DNA of 64,000 nucleotides from NCBI GenBank assembly GCA_964016885.1, contig OZ024748.1, positions 12,524,001 to 12,588,000 on the forward strand, read 5' to 3'. Source of the DNA: Eledone cirrhosa (taxonomy: Eukaryota). Under the pieces are notes generated by a model. It was not told where the DNA came from. It did no database searches and saw only the letters and a program-made list of their open reading frames with translations. Position 1 is the first letter of the stretch, and every line of letters starts with the position of its first letter. The translations under genes were made by a program, and so were the position numbers. Positions 38,614-51,428 of this stretch are shown piece after piece.

Positions 38614-38801
38614 CTATAAATGACTTGTGAAATGTTTTTTAGCCCGAGGGGGTGAGAATGGAACAGTTCGGTAAACTTTTCTTTCTTCAACATCAAAATG
38701 ATTCAGAAATTTACCAGTTGAGTGAATTTCATTCTTCGTGAAGGGTAAAGAGAATTCGTCATACTTCTCTAGATTTAAGTTTTCAGGGTACATGTGGTCA
38801 C
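38614..38801 (-). CDS. NUDT19: NUDT19 exon 3, ending in peroxisomal targeting signal SHL
   Basis: CTTTGCAG|(G)DHMYPENL...KKHFTSHL-TAG. LPGD is formed across the junction. Total CDS is 1236 nt (411 aa). This exon is absent from the ORF track. Confidence 0.9.
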
Positions 38802-39669
38802 CTGCAAAGAAGAAATAGCTGAAATAATCCTATACCACATGAAACCACATTAACAAGATATTATTGAAAAGTACAAAACAGCACTATGACTACATCACAT
38901 TAACTCTTAACATCCTGTACCACTTGAAACTACATTAACAATACATTCTTGAAAAGCATGTGACTGCATTGCATTAAATATTAATGTCTATATTGCAAAT
39001 TATCACAACAATCTATCCATTAGTAAAGATACTATAAAAATTTGAATTAACAAACTTGTTTTCAAAATATTTTCTGCTGTATCATTACAGGATGTTAGGA
39101 GTTAAAGGTAGGGGTATTGTTTAAAATAAATAGTGCTATGATATCAAAAAGACAATAAAAAAGAAGAAACAAAAACAAAACAAAAATCTTTTCATTCTAG
39201 GATCTGCAGGTTCAATCCCCAGGTATGGCAGTAAAAAGAGGAAAATTAATGACTAAAACTTTCTCTAAATTCTATTTAAAATGTCTTCTTTCTAGGAGAA
39301 TTATTAATTTGCTGGACAATTTGTTTGTATATATCTGTGTGTATATATGTGTATATATGTGTACATATATGTGTATATAAATATGTATATATATATATAT
39401 ATATATATTTATATGATAGTTTGAAAAAATGCATGTATGGCATAAATGTGTGTAGATATACATATGTGTGTGTGTGTATATACATAAATATGTATGTGTG
39501 TGAGTATATATATTTCAGTAGACACACATGAACCTCGGCAGTGCAATCTTAGTTCATCTAAGTGAGAAGTGAGATATTTCATCACTGAGAGTGCACAATG
39601 ATTCAACAGGTTGTTGGTGCTATGACTTTATGTCGGTTTGAATTAATATTAACAAAAAAATTTATTTAA

Positions 39670-39877
39670 CCCTTTAGCATTTACACTACTCTATATTTAC
39701 TATTGTATTTTCACGGTATAGGCTTTATCTCACATAATATTGAATCTATGAGATTTTGCTATTATTTATTTTGATAACAATACCTTAACATCAGTATGAG
39801 TGGCCAGATATGGTCAGTTTGAACAGAAAGAGGTGAGAGAATTCTGGCTGGATATGGCTGGTTTAAATGCTAAAGGG
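39670..39877. mobile_element. piggyBac-type MITE (same family, opposite orientation)
   Basis: Same TIRs and TTAA TSD; the interior is homologous to the reverse complement of 33328-33545. Confidence 0.8.
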
Positions 39878-40758
39878 TTAAGAAAATGTAAAAAATACTG
39901 TCTGAAATTCTCTGCTTCATTTAGTAAATAAAAAATTAAACATAACATTTAATAATTTCCAGTATTTTAAACTATTTCTATTCATAGTTTAAAATATCTA
40001 AATTACTAGCAGAAATACTGCCCTCCTGGTAGTTTTCTGCTTGTGTGTGTATGTATGTATGTATCTTCAGCACTACTGGTAACATGTAACCCAGTACAAC
40101 CTATGCATGTTTGGGTCATCGGCAACTGAACCGATAAGGAGGGTCATTTTGGACACCATGCCGGATGAAAAACAAAGCCTGTCATATGGCAGAGAAACTC
40201 AGGATAGTCAATGACTATCTAATAAAGTTTATTTTTTTTTGTGGAGCCATTGTTTCTCTATATCTATTTCTCTGGAAGAAACTGTCTGTGTTCTGACTTT
40301 GAAAGGGATGGACTCTGCCAGGTTTAAATGTCATGACAGCGCCCCTATTCTATGATTACACCATCCTGTATAAGTGGAATAAATGGTGGAGTCATTAGAA
40401 TATCAGATAGAATACTTTGCAGTATTCATTTTGGCTCTCTGCTCACTCAGTTCTAATCCTGTTGAGGTCAACTTTGCCTTTCATCTATTCGAGGTCAATA
40501 AAAAAGTACCAGTCTAGTACTTGGGTTGATTCTTCCTCTATATATCTTTCTCAGTTTCATTCTTTCACTCTCTCTCTATCTTTTTCTGGAAAATATCTGC
40601 TGTATTTATATTCAGACCTGGAGAAGATTGGGCTCTGCCACGTTTTAAAATGCCCTCAAAACACCATATGTCAATACGACACCCTTATGACTCCATCAGG
40701 AATTACAGGATCATATCATACCAAACATAAAAATAATAAAAAAAATAATAAAAATTAC

Positions 40759-40963
40759 CTGGTAGAAGTAACAAGGTTCCATCTTTACATGTTGCTTTGA
40801 CAGATAAAAATCTATTGGGTGGTGTGTAGGGATGTGATGAGACCAAGTTGTAAAGTTCCTCCCAACTGGAATAGTTCAAATGTGTCAGTTCCCAGTATTG
40901 TGGAGGGATTAAATGTATCTTCTTAGATTTGGTTTCTGATAAGAACTTCATTGGGGATAACCA
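40759..40963 (-). CDS. NUDT19: NUDT19 exon 2
   Basis: TTTTCATCTAG|WLSPMKFL...LIPPQYWEL...LLLLP-G|GTAATT; 205 nt, phase 0/1. Confidence 0.9.
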
Positions 40964-41008
40964 CTAGATGAAAAAGGTTATATATATAAGGTTATATATA
41001 TATATATA

Positions 41009-41502
41009 TTTCGTTTCTGAATTTGTTTAGCAAGATTCTTTATCTGAAAACGTATGTTGAAACCGATATTGTTATACTTTGGGAGGGTCATGTTGCCAAT
41101 AAGAAACACACGCACCAGTTGCTTTCACTCCAATTTATTATAAATGAAATTTATAAATTTAAGAATTTATAAATTTCCGGTTGGTTGGTTGGTTCCACAA
41201 CCCGACGGTTGTTCATATATTGTCAAAGTTCTTTCGTCACACATTCTGTGACCTTTGAAAAAAACAAGATGGCGTAGGACAGAACAAAGGAGAGGCACAA
41301 AAACAAAGAAAAGAATCCCCAGTCACTGAAGAGGTCACAGAATGTGTGACGAAAGAACTTTGACAATATATGAACAACCGTCCGGTTGTGGAACCAACCA
41401 ACCAACTGGAAATTTATAAATTTAATTTATAATAAATTGGAGTGAAAGCAACTGGTGCGTGTGTTTCTTATTGGCAACATGACCCTCCCAAAGCATAACA
41501 AT
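41009..41502. mobile_element. Fold-back element, family H2, copy 3 (NUDT19 intron 1)
   Basis: Same arms and termini as the other copies. Lies about 45 nt from the NUDT19 exon 2 acceptor. Confidence 0.85.
41322..41364 (+). ncRNA. Minimal hammerhead-like motif (family H2)
   Basis: Same sequence as the 5765-5807 minus-strand motif. Confidence 0.65.
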
Positions 41503-41689
41503 ATATATATATATATGATATATAAATATATGATATATATATATATGATATATATATATATATCATATATATATATATATCATATATATATATATCATAT
41601 ATATATCATATATATTGGCGGTACTCAGTAATAGAGAAGACCCGCCTTACCTAAATACAAAGTAAAAACCTACTACAGTCAGTAGGCAT

Positions 41690-42155
41690 CTCTATCAAAA
41701 CACACCCCCGTCCCACCACCTCCACACCGCCCCTTTCAATGTAAAGTTATGTTGGTCCCACAACATCCAGGCCGAAACAAATGAGATCGTGTAGGTGTCA
41801 CGACAAAAAACACACAGTCCACGCTGTAAATGTGGCCGTGTAGGCAACACGGTAAAAACCTCCCAGCCCCACACTGTAAATGTGGTTGGTGTTAGGAAGG
41901 GCATCCAGCTGTAGAAAACCCGCCAGACAGTCCACGCTGTAATGTGGCCGTGTAGGCAACACGGTAAAAACCTCCCAGCCCCACACTGTAAATGTGGTTG
42001 GTGTTAGGAAGGGCATCCAACTGTAGAAAACCCGCCAGACAGTCCTATGCGAGCAAGACAACCACTCTTGCCTCAAGTGGGAAAACCCCCGTCCAAACCC
42101 ATGCAAGCGTGGAACACGGACGCTAAACCTGATGATGATGATGATGATGATGATG
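41690..42155 (+). mobile_element. SINE-like element family 3 with internal duplication and a (GAT)n tail
   Basis: GGTTGGTGTTAGGAAGGGCATCCAGCTGTAGAAAA occurs twice. The 3' end CATGCAAGCGTGGAA..GGACG..(GAT)n is shared with 12730-12785, 30075-30125 and 37447-37560. Confidence 0.65.
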
Positions 42156-42608
42156 ATATATAAATATATGATATATATATATATGATATATAAATATATA
42201 TATAAATATGTCTGATGATCCTGTGAGTACATGGGTGAAACTCCAGAGTAACAAGACTCATTACATACACATGCACACACACAATATATATATATATACA
42301 CATAAGCACGCACATACACACACACACACAATATATATATATATACACATAAGCACGCACATACACACACACACAATATATATATATACACACATAAGCA
42401 TGCACATACACACACACAGTCAGACACACATACACAGACAGACACACTCTAAAGCACACATACATACATACAGACACAAGCACACACAGCCCAGCCAGAC
42501 ACAGACACACACATATACAAACACAGACACACAAACACATCTTTCATATATTATTTTTAATTAGCCCTTTGTAACATTGAACACCCCCCAAAAAACAATG
42601 TCACCCAC

Positions 42609-43451
42609 CTTATATCCAACATATTCTGCAGGATCTAACGTTAATACAGGTTGTTGTTGTTCGTCAAGGAATGTTATATAAAAGATGCTATCAAATCGTT
42701 TCCCAGATCTATGGTTTGGTGTTAACCAGTTGTTCCATTCAGATAACGCCGTAATGTCTGGAACTAACTTCAGCTCTTTACACATTAAACAAAAATCCTC
42801 TGAATTCTCCACGACTCGCCGTCTCCAGAATTCCGACACTTCTAGTGGTAGGTCATATATATTTGCCTTACACCGCCTACCGATTTGTTGTCGTCGTCGT
42901 TGTTCTTGTTGTTTGTTTATATCGTGGTAATGTATCGAACATTTCCCATCATTCTCTTCGTCCTTTGGATTTTCTTCGACTTTTCGTGCAAACAACACAC
43001 CTATTTCTTCGAATACTTCCCTAATAGCTGTGATACGGAAGGCCACTTCGCTGGCTATTGCACTAAATTCTGGCTTTCTCTGTCTGGAATACATCGGAGT
43101 TCTACTACTATTGTTAGCAAAAAAATCTAGTAATTGACTTTCGGGTGTTTCTTCTTGGGTTTGACCCTCTTTACATGGTCTAAATACGTCCAACCACTGC
43201 GCGGAGAAATCCGTCTCTTCGGCCGACCCACCTGGAAAGACATGAGCTTTGGGGAAACTGGATATCTTAGCGGTTCTTTCTGCCATGAACAGTTGGTAGT
43301 TACATTCTGGCCTTGGTGCTTCTGTACTGGCTGCAGTAGGGGTTTTGGGGGATGACACCACTCTTTCTGTGTGGCATTGTGTAGGGTGGAGCCGCCTGAC
43401 GATAATCAGTGCGGCAGACTCCTTCCAATAGCGAAGAACAGCCGCTGCCAT
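42609..43451 (-). CDS. NUDT19: Nudix hydrolase 19 (acyl-CoA diphosphatase), exon 1
   Basis: MAAAVLRYWKESAALII..., split Nudix box VFPGG...D (insert) AFRITAIREVFEEIGV, and W..WLTP...RFDSIFY, all typical of NUDT19. Donor AAG|GTGGGT (phase 0). Confidence 0.92.
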
Positions 43452-44054
43452 TTATGGAATAGCCTTTAGCTTTAATATAATTAAGATCGATGTTTTGTAA
43501 ATGTTGTCAACTAAATCACAACATATATCGTTTTAGATGTATGTATGTGTGTTAGTTGGATGTGTAACTACAGTTTAAGGCAGTACACCGTTCGAAGCAC
43601 CCAATGCTGTTAATATATAAATTTATATATATATATATATTCAACCAAGGGTTTAAGGAGAATTTATAACATGCTATTAGTTTTACATACACCTTTGAAC
43701 AACCGAATGAAAAACTGAGAGGCCATCTAAGGTTACATGAATTGTTAAATTATTAGGTCACTAGATTTACAGAAATATGTTAAGAAAGAAATCTATCGTG
43801 TAAAGACGTATGTGTGTATAAACTTCGCCGTATATTCAATGACAAATGCGATGTTTACAAATATTTATAGAAAGAGAGAAATATTTACAATAATACAGCA
43901 AAATATTTGTCATCGGTTGATTTAATAAAATCACGAATCTGGAATATGATTATTTTTTTAATCTCTTTAACCTGTTGTACTTAGAAATTATGGACTTTCA
44001 AGTAGTTACGAAATCGGGTCACCTTATCATTTTATCAAGTACGGCTTATCTATA

Positions 44055-44360
44055 ACTAGTTATCTCCCTTATTTTCTTCCGGTGTACCTTACAAACCACG
44101 TCTGCTAATCACTTTTAACACTTTTCTTACCGTATTTCTAATAAACACAACATGAATTAATTAATGAAGAATTTGCATGGATTTACTAATGTAGACTTAA
44201 CTGCTTACGTCTACAAAATATCTCCGGAAGTAAAAATAGAGAGAAGGAAGAAGCAAGTGAGACACTGTATAGATGGTCCAGAAAATTCAATAATTAACAA
44301 ACATTTATTTTTGCAGGGAAGATAACAATGTGATAATATTATTGAGAGTTATCTCCCTTA
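44055..44360 (-). promoter_or_regulatory. Candidate NUDT19 promoter region
   Basis: ETS-type sites (TTCCGG at 44077, CCGGAAGT at 44224) and two exact AGTTATCTCCCTT motifs (44058, 44347) in unique DNA 600-900 bp upstream of the ATG. Confidence 0.4.
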
Positions 44361-44566
44361 GATTACTTTTTTTTTTTTTTTTTTTTATTTCTAGAACCAC
44401 TGTCTGTTGTGTCTGTAACCTGAAAGCCGGATATTGTTGTGTAGCCGTAAACCAGAGTGTATAGCCCTAGATCTAGTTGTTGTGTAAGCCTAAATCGGGT
44501 TCTACACGCACACACACTTGTCTTTAATGTGTATCGAGTAATTTCTTTATTATCAACGGGTGTGTA

Positions 44567-44587
<21 letters not shown>

Positions 44588-44612
<25 letters not shown>

Positions 44613-44820
44613 AATAAAATCTCCCTTTTCTCTCGCCCCCTTTTTTAAAAATGTCTTTCCACCACTCCTCCACACACCCTCGGAACTTTCTTCCTACCCA
44701 CTGTTCTCCTGATGAAGAGCTTATGCCCGAAACGCCCCCTCCCACTCTCAAGCGTGAAACTAAAAACAATATCATTTGTACTGCCTCTGTTTTTTTTTCT
44801 TTGTCCATTTATTAAACTAT
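44588..44820 (+). mobile_element. Penelope-like element 3' remnant in a (TA)n tract with a partial hammerhead (44709-44734)
   Basis: CTGATGA-A-GAGC(TTAT)GCCC-GAAACG. The cleavage triplet and 3' strand of helix I are missing. The remnant is flanked by TA runs. Confidence 0.55.
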
Positions 44821-44854
44821 ATATATACATATATATATATGTATATATATATAC

Positions 44855-44944
<90 letters not shown>

Positions 44945-45089
44945 GATATATAGATATACACGGGTGTGTATGATTGTGTATAGAAGATTATATTAATATT
45001 AATAACAGGAATTCCAACTTTGTCTGATTTACTCGTTTTTTTGTAAATAAAACGAGTAAATCAGACAAAGCTGGAATTCCTGTTATTAA

Positions 45090-46010
<921 letters not shown>

Positions 46011-46384
46011 CATAGATTAACATATCTAAAGTACAAAAGACAGATAAATGGCAAAGTCAATGTAAGCTATTTATTCTGACACAATGCATACATCCGGTAG
46101 TCTTGATATCTTCATTAGATATAGAAGCCATTTTGTTGTGTTGCGTTGTGACGTGTTTATTTTTTTTGGTGTGTGTGTGGGGGGAGGGGGCTTATCTTTA
46201 GCAGCGAACTTGGAAATAGAACCATTGAAGTTGTAATGATAAAAACCTTTTTTTTTTCATTGCCACCCACCAATCCCATCCCCCACCACTACCTCTGCCG
46301 CCGCCACCTCCGCTCACCACATTTACCGTTGCCACAGCAGCCATCACCAACACTACCATTTCCATCACTACCTCATTATATAGG

Positions 46385-46430
<46 letters not shown>

Positions 46431-46619
46431 TATGTTAGTACTGCTTCAACACCATCACCGCCACCACCACAAATACCAAAGCTACCACCGCCATCGCCAC
46501 TACAACCACCATCACCACCAGCGCTACTACCACCATCGCCACCACCACCACCACCACTACCACCACCACCACAACAACAATCGCCCCCCCCCCCATTTGA
46601 AATTAATGGCGATTCTGCA

Positions 46620-47622
46620 ATTAAAGACCCTCAAAATATGAGATTGTCAGCAAAACATGAAGGCCTACAGAGACTGTGCACTAAATGGGAGCAAAGAAAA
46701 CCACAACATGGGCTATATGTCTTCCGTATCAAAGAACCTGATGGTGATCAAACTCTCTTCGATCAGTGGCTGCAGAGTTATGAGCTAAAGGCAGAGAATG
46801 AGGGCTTCACTTTGGTTACATAAGACCAGTGTCTTTCAACGCACAACTTTCAAGCCAATATCATCAGAAATGGAATTGACTCTAAATATCGATTCTGTGA
46901 TGATCATGTTGAGACCATTGACCACCTGGTTTCAGGCTGCAAAGTATTATCACCGTAGGATATAAAACGGGGCATGATAAAGTGGGAATATACTTACATT
47001 CGGTAATGTGCAGGTTTTCTAGTCAGGAAAGGGAGGGAAAATAGTATAACCATCACCCAGATGCAGTAACAGGAGGCAAGAACGTAACAATCCTCTGGGA
47101 TTTCTCTGTGAATATTGACAGAACAATCAAAGCCAACAGACTTGACATAATTGTGAAGGACCATAAAGAGAAACCATGTTTCTTAATTGACATGAGCATT
47201 CCATCAGATCGTAACATCTCGAAAGAGTTCGGAAAGCTCAGTAAGTATAAAGATCTATCAATGAAAATTGAGAAAATGTGGCGCCTTATGTCCTGTACAA
47301 TATCAATGATAGTCGGCGCACTTGGAATGATAAAAAAGAAAACCGAAAAATATTTGGATCGGACACCTTGGAAAGCCTGGAAAGCCTTCTCTGCAAAACA
47401 CCCAGAAAATAGTTTTGACATGGAACTGCCCCTGTCCTGAGAAGTGTATGACCAATTTAAAACCTTTGCAAATACATTATTAACTTATGTATGTGCCTTG
47501 TGGCATCATTTGTGTGACAATTCATTGTAAAATGTGTATATTATCAAATTTTGCCTCAGGTGTCAAGTTGACACTCGGCTTGATTTGGGAAAGAAGCAGA
47601 ATTCAAATAATAATAATAATAA
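46620..47622 (+). mobile_element. 5'-truncated, degraded non-LTR retrotransposon with restriction-like endonuclease (R4/Dong-type)
   Basis: Reads W...HG, WL...LKAENEG, DQ.LST.N, a zinc-knuckle remnant (RFCDDHVETIDHLVSGC), ILWDF..DRTIKANRLDII.KD...LIDMSIP and K.SKYKDL...IVGALG, broken by stops and frameshifts; ends in a (TAA)n tail. Confidence 0.85.
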
Positions 47623-48650
47623 TGATTTCTGATTTTGGCACAAGGTCAACAATTGGGCAAGGGGAAAGTCGAATAAATCGACCCCAGTGCGTTACTGGTA
47701 CTTTATATTATAGACTCCGCGAGGATGAAAGGCAAAGTTAACCTCGGCAGGATTTGAACTCAGACCATAAAGGGCCGTAACTCTATGCGGCAAAGCATGG
47801 CGTCCGACCCTCTACCGATACTGCCAATCCACCTGGTACAAGGCCAACAATTTTGGGGGAGGGGAAAGTCGAATAAATCGACTCCAGTGCGTTACTGGTA
47901 CTTTATTTTATTGACCCCATTTGAATGAAAGGGAAAGCTAACCTTGGCGGGATTTAAATGTGAAGGGCCGTAACTATATGCTGCAAAGCATAATGTCCGA
48001 CGCTCTAACGATACTGCTAATCCATCGCTAATAATAATTGTTTCTACTTTTTGGCACAAGGCCAGCAATAACCCAGTACATTACTGGTACTTTATTTTAT
48101 CGACCCCGTAAGGATGAAAGGCAAAGTTAACCTCGGCGGAATTTGAACTCAGACCGTAAAGGGACGTAACTCTATGTATCAAAGCATGGCGTCCGACCCT
48201 CTACCGATACTTCCAATCCACCGCCCTTAATCCACTGCCAATAATAATAATGGAGGTTTGTTGTATCGGGTTCATCTGTTAGATTAGGCAGTGAATTGGC
48301 AGTCGATAGAGCATTGTATAGAATGCTTTGCATTATTTGTTAACTTCGTCTTTCATCCTTACGGGGTCGATAAAATAAAGTACCAGTAATGCACTGGGTA
48401 ATTGCTGGTCTTGTGCCTAAAGAAGAAACAATTATTTGTTCCATCTGAGGGCGTTGGATTGGCAGTATCGGTAGAGCGTCGGACGCCACGGCTCTTTATG
48501 ATCTGAGCTCAAATCCTGCCGAGGTTAACTTTGCCTTTCATCCTTATGGGGTCGATAAAATAAAGTACCAGTCACGCACTGGGGTCGATTTAATCGACTT
48601 TCCCTTCCCCCCAAATTACTGGCCTTGTGCCTATATAAGAAACCATTATT
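47622..48650. mobile_element. Family 1 SINE cluster (minus-strand copies 47622-48230, plus-strand copies 48340-48650)
   Basis: Consensus head, body and tail seen in both orientations. Confidence 0.8.
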
Positions 48651-48743
48651 TGTTCCATCTCTCTGTACTCTGAGTTAATAATTCACCGAGTCGACTTTGT
48701 GTTTCACTAACTCTTGCTGTTACCATTCACTATTTTCTGTGTA

Positions 48744-48779
<36 letters not shown>

Positions 48780-48780
<1 letters not shown>

Positions 48781-49385
48781 GTCAGGTCACCAGTTGGTGC
48801 TACTGGTAACATGTATCCCAGTACAACCTGTCTCATTAGTCGTTGGCGACTAAACTGGCGACCCCACCAAGGTTTCTAGGTGAGGAGGGTGACTTTGGAC
48901 ATCCTGCAGGACTAAAAACAAAACCTGTCAAAGGGCAAAGGAGCTCTTAAGCATCAATGGCCATCCAAAATCACCGGGAGAGATGACCCCTTAGCCTTTG
49001 TCAAGGCAGAATTCTAGGAGAAGGAAAACTCTGATATAACACCTGCAACCCTGATGGTATCCAATGATGTTGACTTGTTCTTCTTTTTGGTAAATATCAT
49101 CTTGGTTAAGAGAGTGAGACTGGCTTTGTGCAGTGCCTTTGCTCACTATAAAAGCTTCACGGCACAGGCATTGCTTTATATCTGGAGATCTCTCTGCACT
49201 TGTCGTCACATGGTACCATGGGCCCAGCACTATGTGTCAATAATTGTCACAAGTGTAGTGTTTGTACCAGACTTTTCAAGTCGCTGGCTGGACTAAAAAG
49301 TCACACTCGTTCAGTGCATCGGTAGGGGTTCTCCTACATGGATATAAAGTAGTGGCCGTACTCGAAAACGAGTTGGCAGCCACCA
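48780..49385 (+). mobile_element. Internally deleted RTE-like element: 5' UTR-like part joined to a C-terminal C2H2 finger and 3' end
   Basis: 49248-49325 encodes HKCSVCTRLFKSLAGLKSHTRSVHR*. The 5' part is shared with about 40070-40220. Confidence 0.55.
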
Positions 49386-50722
49386 TATATATATGTATGT
49401 GTGTATATGAATGCTTTAATTCATTTAAATCTTCATCAACACTCCTTCACTCCCACACTCCTTAATACCCCCCAAGACACACCCTAAATCTCTTATATAG
49501 AGTCACACATCACAGCTCAGCCTGATCTCAGTATAATGATAATTTTTCTGAACAAATAAGTTAACTGAACATTTTAAGGAGTATTTTTTTTTTTTTATTA
49601 ACAATGTGTGTGTGAATGTGTTTATGAATGAGTGTGTATGTGTGTTATTGTAGGTTCGTTGTGTTTATGTGTGTTGTAGGTTCGTTGTGTTTATATGAGT
49701 GTGTATGTGTGCATGTGAGTGTATATATGTGTGTGTTATTGTAGGTTTGTTGTGTTTATGTGTGTGTTGTAGGTTCGTTGTGTTTATATGAGTGTGTATG
49801 TGTGCATGTGAGTGTATGTGTGTGTTATTGTTGGTTTGTTGTGTCCATAATTTTTCGATGTAACCGGAAACGGATATGAAGACAGACGACTTTGAAGGAA
49901 ACTTATAAAGAACTTGGGTTAGGTTTTGCCGCCACCGCCATTACGACCACACTATCGCCCTCTAGTGACAATATTGTTACTTCCGCTTCTATTAGATTAT
50001 TCTACCATTGGTCAACACTTTCTTTGATATATATATTTATATATATTTTAGTTTTTATTTATTTCTGTTGCCTTTGATAATTATAATTATTGTTATTACG
50101 ATTAAGGGATAATTGTTATTATATCATTAAAGAATCGCTCTTATTATCGCTATTATCGTCGTCGTTGTTATCGTTGTTGTTGTCGTCGTTGTCGTTGTAA
50201 CGCTGGCCATCGTCGTTGTTATCGCTGTTGTTGCTGTTGTCGTTGTTGCTGTTGTCGTTGTTGTTGTTATTGTTGTAGTTTGTTGTAGTTGTTGTAGTCG
50301 TTGTCGTTGTTGTTGTCGTTGCTGTTGTTGTTGTAGGCGTTGTTGTTGTCGTTGTTGTTGTTGTCGTTGTTGTCGTTGTTATCGTTGTTGTTGTTGTCGT
50401 TGTTGTCGTTGTTGTTGCTGTTGTCGTTGTTGTCGTCGTCGTTGTTGTTGTTGTTGTCGTGATACTTTTGTTGTTGTCATGGTACTGTTGTTGTTGTTGT
50501 TGTGGTATTGTTGTTGCTGTTGTAGTTGTTGGGTTGTTGTTATTATGGTACTGTTGTTGCTGTTATTGTTGTTGTTGGTAATGATGACCAAAGATACGAA
50601 AACAGAAGACCTTTAACTTCCGGGTCACGTGTTCAGTTTTTTCGTTGTAGGCGTTAGATCAGGTTTCTACTCCGTCGTCCGTGTGTCCATGCCTGTATGT
50701 GTGTCTGTCCATGTATGTGTAG

Positions 50723-50765
<43 letters not shown>

Positions 50766-50767
50766 AG

Positions 50768-50834
<67 letters not shown>

Positions 50835-50965
50835 CAGTGTTCGTATGTGTTTGTGTCCATGTGTGTGTGTGTTTGTATCCATGTATGCATGTGTATGTGT
50901 GTGTGTCAGTGTGCGTGTGCGTTTGTGCCTGTCTGCATATTCATATGTATGTGTTTGTGTATCTA

Positions 50966-51008
<43 letters not shown>

Positions 51009-51171
51009 ACGTATGTATGCATGTGTATGTGTGTGTCTGTGTGTAAAATGATCAAAAGCCTTTTGACATCCATGTGTTTGAGGGATAATTTAGTTTTAAT
51101 GAACCATAATTGCTATTAGCAATTGTTGTTACCACCACCACCACCACCACCACACCACCACCACCACCGCC

Positions 51172-51385
51172 GCCGGCAGTAATCGGTAGAGCGTCGGATA
51201 AAATGCTGTGCGCATATAGTTACGTCCCTTTACGGTCTCAGTTCAAATCCCGCCGAGGTTAACTTTGCCTTTCATCCTTACGGGGTCGATAAAATAAAGT
51301 ACCAGTAATACACTGGTGTCGATTTAATTGACTTTTCCTCTTTCCCAAAATTGTTGGCCTTGTGCCTAAATCAGAAACCATTATT
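51172..51385 (+). mobile_element. Family 1 SINE
   Basis: Near full-length consensus match. Confidence 0.8.
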
Positions 51386-51395
51386 ACTAGCAGCT

Positions 51396-51428
<33 letters not shown>

